NCBI GenBank assembly: GCA_030587475.2
Contig: JAUQYZ020000046.1
Coordinates: forward strand, 1 to 14,361
Direction of reading: 5' to 3'
Length of the DNA stretch: 14,361 nt
From: Candidatus Sigynarchaeum calidifontis
GTDB taxonomy: Archaea > Asgardarchaeota > Lokiarchaeia > Sigyniarchaeales > Sigyniarchaeaceae
The notes under the pieces were generated by a model, which saw only the letters and a list, made by a program, of their open reading frames with translations, was not told the origin of the DNA and searched no databases. Numbering within the stretch: position 1 is the stretch's first letter; every line of letters begins with the position of its first letter. The position numbers and the translations under genes are program-made. This document shows positions 1 to 6,994 of this stretch, in pieces.

Positions 1-2
1 AT

Positions 3-758
3 CCCTTTTTCATCTACGGGAAATACCGCAAGCTCGTCCGCGGCATCCCCCAAACGCACTGGCCCCACCGCGCGTGCCACGGGGCGGGATGCGAGGGCTG
101 CAACTACACGGGCAAGCAGTACCAGGAATCGGTCGAGGACTTGATAACGCCTCCTTTTCTCGAATTCACGGGCGGCACGGCATTGCGGTTTCACGGCGCG
201 GGCCGGGAGGACATCGATGCCCTCATGCTCGGCGAGGGCCGCCCGTTCGTGGTCGAGATATTGAACGGGAAGCGCCGCGCTATCGACCACGCGGCACTCG
301 AAGCAGCCATAAACAAGGCAGCGGCCGGCAAGGTCGAGGTCTCCGGGCTCAGGCCCAGCACGAACGAGGAGATGCAAGCCCTCAAGGGCGAGGCGCCCGA
401 CACGCGCAAGAAATACAAGGCGACTTGCACGCTGGAAAAGGAGATCGACGACGCGACGCTCGTGTCGATAAAGAACAGGCTCGAAAGCGGTGCCCCGGTC
501 GAACAGCAGACCCCGCGACGCGTCCTCCACCGGCGGGCAGACAAGACGAGATACAAGCACGTGTACCACTTCACGTGGGAGCGTGTCGCGAACCCGCTTG
601 AGATCATCCTTTACATCGAGGCGGAAGGCGGCACGTACATCAAGGAACTCATCTCCTCGGACGAGGGAAGGACGAGCCCATCCATTTCGGAGCTGGCGGG
701 GCAAAAAGTCGTGTGCAAAGAATTGGACGTGCTCGGAGTCAACAAGTGTGAACTTTAG
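3..758 (+). CDS. pus10: tRNA pseudouridine(54/55) synthase Pus10, C-terminal part (gene starts upstream of the window)
   Basis: Frame 3 is open from nt 3: PFFIYGKYRKLVRGIPQTHWP...ESVEDLI...FHGAGREDIDALMLGEGRPFVVEI...QQTPRRVLHRRAD...AEGGTYIKELIS.DEGRTSPS. GREDxD catalytic motif and GTYIKE are Pus10 hallmarks, and the position upstream of rpl21e is the usual archaeal synteny. Confidence 0.96.
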   Translation, partial: PFFIYGKYRKLVRGIPQTHWPHRACHGAGCEGCNYTGKQYQESVEDLITPPFLEFTGGTALRFHGAGREDIDALMLGEGRPFVVEILNGKRRAIDHAALEAAINKAAAGKVEVSGLRPSTNEEMQALKGEAPDTRKKYKATCTLEKEIDDATLVSIKNRLESGAPVEQQTPRRVLHRRADKTRYKHVYHFTWERVANPLEIILYIEAEGGTYIKELISSDEGRTSPSISELAGQKVVCKELDVLGVNKCEL

Positions 759-810
759 ACAAATATTTTATGGACGACATGACTCGATCTCCTATCACGA
801 TTCTATCGAG

Positions 811-1149
811 TTGATTGCAATTACACGGCACAAGGGATATCGGGCGTTAACGAGGGGCATGCTCCGCAAGCCCCCGCGCGAGCGAGGCATCCGCCCCTTG
901 ACGAGCCTGCTCATCCAGTACAACATCGGCGACGTGGTGGACATCAAGATCGACCCGTCCGAGCACAAGGCGATGCCGTACCGCAGGTTTCATGGCAAAA
1001 CGGGCAAGATCGTCGAGAAACGAGGGAATGCATTCGTCATCGAGGTCAAGGACGGCAACAAGGTGAAGAAGGTCATCACGAACCGCAGCCACTTCAAGCC
1101 CAATTACTACCTGCGCCAAAAATTGATCGGCGAGGAAGAGCAGCAATAA
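811..1149 (+). CDS. rpl21e: 50S ribosomal protein eL21 (L21e); start uncertain (TTG 811 or ATT 820)
   Basis: TRHKGYRALTRGMLRK...YNIGDVVDIKIDPSEHKAMPYRRFHGKTGKIVEKRGNAFVIEVKDGNKVK matches the eL21 signature. The listed ORF from 490 is an over-extension through pus10. No in-frame ATG precedes the conserved N-terminus. Confidence 0.95.
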   Translation: MIAITRHKGYRALTRGMLRKPPRERGIRPLTSLLIQYNIGDVVDIKIDPSEHKAMPYRRFHGKTGKIVEKRGNAFVIEVKDGNKVKKVITNRSHFKPNYYLRQKLIGEEEQQ

Positions 1150-1185
1150 ATCACGTTTAACCTTTAATGATGCACGTGATGCACA

Positions 1186-1611
1186 ATGGTCAGGGAAATC
1201 ATAAACGAGAAGGCCATCTCCATCCCGGAAGTCAAGGAGATCCTCGACAAGATCATCACCACCGAGAAGATCGACGTGAAATCCGTGCCGATCGAGGGAA
1301 AGGATGGCGAGGCGGGCGAGGCAGCGCTTCCAGATACCTTTGAGGCTGATAAAACCAAGAAATATTTCTTGAAGAGTACCTACGATTACGTCCAGACCTT
1401 CTCCAAGATGGACGCGCGGGTCGCCAGGAACCTCGTCCAAAAGCTGGTTACGGAGAAACAGCTGCCATTGTTCATCGCAATCCAGATCGCAAACATCAAC
1501 CCCGATACAAAGGAAGAACTGGCCTTGCTCCTTGAAAAAAGCCAGAAGCGCTTGTCTGGCGAGGAGATCGAGAAGTTGTTATTCGATATCCGCAGTTACA
1601 AGGAACAATGA
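1186..1611 (+). CDS. rpo4: DNA-directed RNA polymerase subunit Rpo4/F (Rpb4 homologue)
   Basis: N-terminal IINEKAISIPEVKEIL, central TYDYVQTFSK and C-terminal AIQIANINPDTKEEL...EEIEKLL fit the RpoF/Rpb4 pattern. Conserved position between rpl21e and DUF655. SD-like GTGAT at 1176-1180. Confidence 0.9.
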   Translation: MVREIINEKAISIPEVKEILDKIITTEKIDVKSVPIEGKDGEAGEAALPDTFEADKTKKYFLKSTYDYVQTFSKMDARVARNLVQKLVTEKQLPLFIAIQIANINPDTKEELALLLEKSQKRLSGEEIEKLLFDIRSYKEQ

Positions 1612-1761
1612 AAAACCGAATTCTAACCACAACTGGCCGGAACCTTTTTTAATTCGTGCAGTTCTAATTCTTCGTAAGAAGCCATCTATCACATCCCGGC
1701 ATCAGACCATCCAAAAGAGGATTCTCGACGAGAATATACCCCGCGAGCAAGGTGAGCGTAG

Positions 1762-2490
1762 ATGACCTACCGAAAGCCCCCAGCACGAAGCATGGACAGC
1801 AACAGCAGCTTGTACTTCAAGCCACGTGACGCTGGTGGGGATCGTGGGAATCAAGGGGACCGGGGAGAACGACGGAATCATGGTGATCGCGGAGACCGGG
1901 ATAGTCCAGACGGGGTGCCGGTCCAGAAAAAATACGAGGACTGGGCATGGGAGCTCGACTTGCTACCGCATGGCTACGTGGATGACACCCGCCCGATGCA
2001 CCTGCGCGACCCGATCTTGCAAGTTATAGGCGAGCAGTATTTTTCGATACTGGAAGTCATCATCGACCGCGAGAAGATAGGAAATTTCAAGTTCGAGCCT
2101 CGCCGGCGTGATTTTATCGGCAAAGGCGACCAGAACATCGTAGGGCATCGTTTCAAGCGCATCGGCTACGACAAGTTGACCATCAATGCAAAAGCGGAGT
2201 TACCCAAAGTTTTGGAAAGCATCGTTGCTGCCAATCCTGACCGGTTCCTGGCCTTCTTCAACAATGCAAAACCTTTAACAACGAAAATGAACCAGCTAGA
2301 ACTCCTCCCCGGCGTTGGTAAAAAGACCATGTGGCAGATCCTCGACGTGCGCAAGAAGAAGCCATTCTCCAGCTTCGCCGACATCACCGAGCGGACTGGT
2401 ATCGGGAAACCAGAACTTCTCATCGTCAAGCGCATCTTGAAAGAGCTGGAAAATCCAGACGAAAAACACCTCCTCTTCGTCCGGCATTGA
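1762..2490 (+). CDS. DUF655 family putative RNA/nucleic-acid-binding protein with helix-hairpin-helix motif
   Basis: YEDWAWELDLLPHG...QVIGEQYFSILE...RIGYDKLT..A..EL...FFNNAKPLTTKMNQLELLPGVGKKTMWQIL..RKKKPFSSFADI is typical of DUF655. Conserved between rpoF and ksgA. SD AGGTGA at 1750-1755. Confidence 0.92.
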   Translation: MTYRKPPARSMDSNSSLYFKPRDAGGDRGNQGDRGERRNHGDRGDRDSPDGVPVQKKYEDWAWELDLLPHGYVDDTRPMHLRDPILQVIGEQYFSILEVIIDREKIGNFKFEPRRRDFIGKGDQNIVGHRFKRIGYDKLTINAKAELPKVLESIVAANPDRFLAFFNNAKPLTTKMNQLELLPGVGKKTMWQILDVRKKKPFSSFADITERTGIGKPELLIVKRILKELENPDEKHLLFVRH

Positions 2491-2493
2491 ACA

Positions 2494-3381
2494 ATGGCGG
2501 ATCATATTTTCCCTGTTTTTCTCACGGTTCCCGAGATCAAGCACGTACTCGAGCAGCTCGGCCAGGTGCCAAAAAAACGTCACGGGCAGAATTTCATCCA
2601 CGCCTGGCCAGCGATTCATCGGATCCTCGACATCTGCGCGTTCGTTCCTGGCGATTCGGTGATCGAGATAGGCCCCGGCCTCGGCGCGTTCACGCTGAAC
2701 ATCGCTCAACGGGTCAAGCACGTGCACGCGATCGAGTTGAACCCCAAATTCGCGAGGTTCCTGCAACAAAAGGCCAGAGAGCTCGGTATCACCAATTTGC
2801 AGATCGAAAATGCAAATGCACTCCATGTTAACTTCCCGGAAGGCTATTCGGTTGTTTTCTCCGCAATGCCTTATTCGATCTCGGCACCTCTCACGTTCAA
2901 GGTGCTCGATTACATGCAACGCCATCGCGCCCGTGCGTTCCTCACGTGCCAGAAAGAGTTCGGCGAGAAACTCGCTGCGAAACCCGGCTCGATGGATTAC
3001 GGGCGGGTTACAGCCAATGTTTCCTTTTTTGCACATGTTGACTTGGCGATGCATGTCTCTCGCAATAATTTTTACCCGATACCAGATGTCGACTCCGTGC
3101 TCGTGCGGCTCTCGCCCCGGGATCCTTTGCCTCGCGAAACCGTTCAAGCCTACACCACCCTCACCCGGGGCTTGTTTCCCTACAAGAACAAGGTGTTGCG
3201 GCGGGCCATGGCTCTACTTGCCGAGAAGGAGCTAGGGTACCAATTAGAGCCCGGCTTGCTCGACGCGATGCCTTTCAAGGAGAAGCGCGTGCGCGAGCTC
3301 ACGGCAGAAGACCTTCAAACTGTAGCGGGCTGGTACGCGTCAATCAGCGCAAGACAAGCGATGAACGCAAGGAGGGCGTGA
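2494..3381 (+). CDS. rsmA: 16S rRNA adenine dimethyltransferase RsmA/KsgA/Dim1 family (atypical motif IV)
   Basis: KKRHGQNF, motif I VIEIGPGLG, motif II AIEL, QKEFGEKL, YGRVT, NFYPIPDVDS and F.YKNK.LR. Conserved synteny after DUF655. Confidence 0.93.
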   Translation: MADHIFPVFLTVPEIKHVLEQLGQVPKKRHGQNFIHAWPAIHRILDICAFVPGDSVIEIGPGLGAFTLNIAQRVKHVHAIELNPKFARFLQQKARELGITNLQIENANALHVNFPEGYSVVFSAMPYSISAPLTFKVLDYMQRHRARAFLTCQKEFGEKLAAKPGSMDYGRVTANVSFFAHVDLAMHVSRNNFYPIPDVDSVLVRLSPRDPLPRETVQAYTTLTRGLFPYKNKVLRRAMALLAEKELGYQLEPGLLDAMPFKEKRVRELTAEDLQTVAGWYASISARQAMNARRA

Positions 3382-4070
3382 TGGTCACGAGGATCCCGGC
3401 CCGGTTCGAAGGCATCGAGGTGGAAATCCCTGGTGGCAAGGGTATCTACCCGCCCTCGGAAGATACTTTCTTGCTACTCGACATGGTCAAGCGATTCGTT
3501 GAATCGCAGCAGCTAGTCGACGTGGATCCGTGCCGCGCTGCGCTCGACATGGGCTCTGGTGCGGGCCTCGCTACCATTTACCTGGCTCGCCATTTCACGC
3601 GGGTGGATTCGATCGACATCAATCCCGGTGCCGTGGCGTTCGTGAAAAGCGAACTCCTCCGGCGTGGCCAGCTCGGCCGGGTCACGCTGGTCGCTGGAAG
3701 CCTGCTCGATGCCTTCCGTGACGCGCAGTGTAGAGGCACGTATTCCCTGGCCTGTTTCAATCCCCCCTATCTCCCGCCGGAGGACTATGAATGCCCCGGG
3801 ATCAAGGACGGCGAGGATGATCGCGAGCATGCCTTCTACATCGACAAGGCACTGTACGCCGCGGACGGCGGGAAGGCGATTCTCGAGCAATTCCTGCGCA
3901 TCGTGAAGGATTACCTCGTGCCCGGTGGCCACGTGTTTTTCGTCAAGTCCTCGCTCACGGGCATCGAGGATACCAGCGCGTGGGCAACAAACCTCGGCTT
4001 CACGATAGTGGAGAAGTCCGGCATCCACGCGTTTTTCGAGGACATCGAAGCGTACCACGCGATCGCATGA
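3381..4070 (+). CDS. HemK2/Mtq2/N6AMT1-like SAM-dependent methyltransferase (probable release-factor glutamine methyltransferase)
   Basis: IYPPSEDTFLL, DMGSGAG, DIN, FNPPYLP and C-terminal FFEDI. ATG 3381 overlaps the rsmA stop (TGATG) and has SD AGGAGG at 3370-3375. GTG 3378 is the alternative start. Confidence 0.9.
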   Translation: MVTRIPARFEGIEVEIPGGKGIYPPSEDTFLLLDMVKRFVESQQLVDVDPCRAALDMGSGAGLATIYLARHFTRVDSIDINPGAVAFVKSELLRRGQLGRVTLVAGSLLDAFRDAQCRGTYSLACFNPPYLPPEDYECPGIKDGEDDREHAFYIDKALYAADGGKAILEQFLRIVKDYLVPGGHVFFVKSSLTGIEDTSAWATNLGFTIVEKSGIHAFFEDIEAYHAIA

Positions 4071-4108
4071 TTTTTTAAGCCGCCGCCCCGGGTTCGCGCG
4101 GTGGTACC

Positions 4109-4927
4109 ATGGACACGGAACAGCGGTTTAACGATGGCGTGCACGTCATTCTCGTGGAACCAGAAAAGGAGGGCAACATCGGAAGCGTTGCCCGGTCGAT
4201 CAAGAACTTTGGATTCAGGCACTTGATCCTGGTTAACCCGCTCGTGCCTCTTGGTGACGAAGCGAAAAATTATGCCGTGCACGCGGTTGACGTGCTTGAT
4301 GGTGCGGAGATCGTTCGCTTCCCTGATGGCGAAGAATCTACCAAGGCGAGCGTGCTCAAGTCGCTGTTCAAGCGCTTCGACATCGTGGCAGGCACGTCAT
4401 GCAAGATTTTCAAGGAACGGACGCTCCACCGCATACCGATCGAGATCGATGCATTCATCGAGGACTTGTCCCGCGTCGCGGGTTTGAATAACTCGAAGAT
4501 AGCCGTGGTGTTCGGTAACGAGCGAACCGGTCTCATGAACTACGCCCTCAACCAGGTTGACCAGCTCGTTACGATCCCCACGTCCGACGCGTATCCCTCC
4601 CTCAACCTGTCCCATGCCGCCACGATCTTCCTCTACGAGCTGTCGAAGCTCATGGCCACCAGCGACACGAGGGGCGAGATCGCGCTCGCGCCAAAACTCA
4701 AGCAAGACGTTTTCCTGGACTATTTTGATGAGTTGGTCGAGCTCACGCGCACCCCCGCTCATAAAGTGGAGAAAACACGCCGGGCCTTCAAATCTATGGT
4801 CGCAAGGGCGCACGTGTCCAGCCGGGAACTTTTCTTGCTCCTGGGCGTGTTCCGCACGGCGGTCGATCTTGCCCGGGCGGGACGGGGGGTCAAAGAAACC
4901 GGCACGATGCCTCGCGGAGCTTACTAG
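4109..4927 (+). CDS. trmJ: SPOUT tRNA (C32/U32) 2'-O-methyltransferase, TrmJ/LasT family
   Basis: VILVEPEKEGNIGSVARSIKNFGF, AVVFGNERTGL, IPTSDAYPSLNLSHA and a C-terminal helical segment ending RELFLLLGVFR. Confidence 0.9.
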   Translation: MDTEQRFNDGVHVILVEPEKEGNIGSVARSIKNFGFRHLILVNPLVPLGDEAKNYAVHAVDVLDGAEIVRFPDGEESTKASVLKSLFKRFDIVAGTSCKIFKERTLHRIPIEIDAFIEDLSRVAGLNNSKIAVVFGNERTGLMNYALNQVDQLVTIPTSDAYPSLNLSHAATIFLYELSKLMATSDTRGEIALAPKLKQDVFLDYFDELVELTRTPAHKVEKTRRAFKSMVARAHVSSRELFLLLGVFRTAVDLARAGRGVKETGTMPRGAY

Positions 4928-6144
4928 AATGGCTTACGTTCGCGGCGTTTTTGCAGCATTGTCGAGCAAAATCCGGTCTTTTGCCTGATTATATCGACGA
5001 TAATCTTGAAATCTTGCTCCGGTATCCGCACGCGCTTGTGTGCCTCCATTTGCGGGCTTGGCTCGGAGTAGTCCACGTTGATCTTTGAAAGAGGATAGAG
5101 CAGCGCTGAGGTTTTCTCCACGAGGCTTGCCACGACCGCTGGATCGCTCCTCGAGAAGAATTCGACCTTTAAAGGAATGTCCATGGGCACGGCCTTGAAC
5201 ATGTACGAGTACAAGCCGAGATCGTGATCTTTCAAGTACTTGTCAAACTCCGTGGCCGGGACGAAGGCTGCAGTCCTCGGGAACGTTCGCATGGAGAAAG
5301 AACGCTCACCTTCGAGTAAAATGCGGTAAAACAAGTCATAGTCCTTGAACACCTGGATGGTTTGCCGGTAATCGAACGCGAGAAAGTCTTTAAAAACGGG
5401 AAACGTGCCCATGCAAGCCGGTATCAATTTTGCGATGATACCGGCGAAGTCGGCCTTGATCGAGTCCTTGACGACCCCCACGACTATCGTTCCATGCGCT
5501 TTGCTCGTTTCGAGAATCTGTTCGAGGATTTCGGAGATTTGCTTGTTGTACCGGCTCGCGTAGTAATTCTCGCTGCTGGAAAAGATCTCGGGTAAAAATA
5601 ATGAACCATCGATGATCATCATGTCCAGGTGCGGCTCCGCGGACATGATGGCATGTACAAGCTCTAACTCGCTTAACAATCTCTCGGCATTCGTGAAACT
5701 TTCGAGATCATGCGTGTTGGTGTTTTGAAATATACCGAATAAATTGAAATTCTCGTTCTTCTCTTGCGGGTAATACTTGACGATGGGTGATTTCTTCGCG
5801 TAAAACTTGAACACCACGCCCCGGGCCTTCGAGGCGATGATGTCCACGCCGACGAGCGAGTCCCGTAAAACAGAACCATCGACCGCGCCAATCTTCATGC
5901 CCGCGGGATTCTGCAGCGTTAGGCTGCTGGCAATTTTATCATCGTTGATGGCGTATTCTTTCTTGATATCTGCCGGGATGTGAAACGCGGCCTTGGCCTT
6001 CGAGAGAATGCTGGCAAATTTTGCCTTGTTTGTCTCGACCTTCACGATCGTGCTGGCGATCAGGTCGATCTTGGTCTTGATCGTTTCCTCCGGATTTACC
6101 CGATCTTGAAAGAGTTCCGTTTCGCGCTGCTCGATGATGGCCAT
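4924..6144 (-). CDS. nurA: NurA-family 5'-3' nuclease
   Basis: IGAVDGS (first catalytic Asp), ERLLSELE, MMIIDGSL (second Asp), VVGVVKDS and C-terminal YSEPSPQMEAHKRVRI (Y-x-x-P-x-P-x-x-x-AH) appear in NurA order and spacing. 406 aa. Confidence 0.85.
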   Translation of the reverse strand: MAIIEQRETELFQDRVNPEETIKTKIDLIASTIVKVETNKAKFASILSKAKAAFHIPADIKKEYAINDDKIASSLTLQNPAGMKIGAVDGSVLRDSLVGVDIIASKARGVVFKFYAKKSPIVKYYPQEKNENFNLFGIFQNTNTHDLESFTNAERLLSELELVHAIMSAEPHLDMMIIDGSLFLPEIFSSSENYYASRYNKQISEILEQILETSKAHGTIVVGVVKDSIKADFAGIIAKLIPACMGTFPVFKDFLAFDYRQTIQVFKDYDLFYRILLEGERSFSMRTFPRTAAFVPATEFDKYLKDHDLGLYSYMFKAVPMDIPLKVEFFSRSDPAVVASLVEKTSALLYPLSKINVDYSEPSPQMEAHKRVRIPEQDFKIIVDIIRQKTGFCSTMLQKRRERKPF

Positions 6145-6244
6145 GATCGATTGCCGGGGATGCCATGCAAGGGATTAGAACGAGCAGGGTGCCGCGAATT
6201 TGTGAACGTGAATGATGGAAAGGAAGAGATACTTGATACCCGGC

Positions 6245-6805
6245 CTATGCCTCCGGCTTCAAGATCGCCTTTAACCCGAGTATGGCTGCCGTCTCGAACG
6301 TTTGCTCGACATTCAGCCCGTTCTTGCTCGATGTTTCGACGAACCCGGCGAGGCCAAGCTTTTCGGCAATTCGCATGCCCTCTTCGCGTGGCACTTGCCG
6401 GTTTTCCTCGAGATCTACCTTGGCGCCGACTAACATGATCGGGATCATCCCCGCGTTGTCGAAAACGAGCGATGTCCATTCCGCGATGCTATCGAGCGAT
6501 TTCTTGTTCGATATATCATATAAAAAAAGGCCGGCCTGCGCGCCGCGGCAATACGGGGGTAACAAGAACCGGAAGCGCTTTTCTCCGCCAAAATCCCATA
6601 TCTGGAGCTTCACGACGTAATTCTTCGATTTTCCCCCCTCGTCGAGGACGATGTTGACTTTCTTGACATGGAACTGAACGCCCAGCGTCAACTTGTTCTG
6701 TTTAAACAATCCAGTCATGTAACGATGAGCCAAGGTCGTTTTTCCCGTGCCCGCGTCGCCGAAGATGACGAGTTTTAGCGTAGCATCTTCTTTTTGCTCT
6801 GACAT
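6245..6805 (-). CDS. Rab-like small GTPase (Ras superfamily; Asgard eukaryotic-signature protein), 186 aa
   Basis: G1 GDAGTGKT, G2 TLGVQF, G3 WDFGGE, G4 GAKVD, G5 ETSSK. RabF-like motifs LGVQF, KLQIW, RFRFLL, YCRGA, FLYDIS. Likely start is ATG 6805 (MSEQKED), preceded by SD-like GAGGCG. The ORF-track extension to 6970 looks non-coding. Confidence 0.93.
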   Translation of the reverse strand: MSEQKEDATLKLVIFGDAGTGKTTLAHRYMTGLFKQNKLTLGVQFHVKKVNIVLDEGGKSKNYVVKLQIWDFGGEKRFRFLLPPYCRGAQAGLFLYDISNKKSLDSIAEWTSLVFDNAGMIPIMLVGAKVDLEENRQVPREEGMRIAEKLGLAGFVETSSKNGLNVEQTFETAAILGLKAILKPEA

Positions 6806-6897
6806 GTTCCGCCTCTGCGAGATGAATCCCGGTGCGACCATACATTGATCGATATGCTGGTTTTTCAAGCTTATTGGATTTGTAGACTGGCTTCTTG

Positions 6898-6938
6898 AAA
6901 AAAGAAAAAGCTCCCGCGACGCGTGATTCTCGAAAAAA
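6898..6938 (-). terminator. Oligo-T tracts, probable archaeal terminator after carA
   Basis: The minus strand reads TTTTTT (6938-6933) and TTTTTCTTTTTT (6909-6898), about 55-95 nt after the carA stop. Confidence 0.45.
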
Positions 6939-6994
6939 TGATAGCACAAGTGGAAACCATCAACCAACACTTGATTTCGTATGAAGGTTTAGCA

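Noticed and set aside
490-810. Long N-terminal extension of eL21 suggested by the ORF track
   Set aside because: It overlaps pus10 in another frame and is Ser/Arg/Thr-rich off-frame sequence. eL21 similarity starts at about 820.
6145-6244. Possible C/D-box sRNA (ATGATGG near 6212)
   Set aside because: The box C match is imperfect and there is no CTGA box D at suitable spacing.
6806-6970. 55-aa N-terminal extension of the GTPase
   Set aside because: It spans T-rich terminator-like tracts. ATG 6805 has an SD-like site and gives a normal GTPase length.
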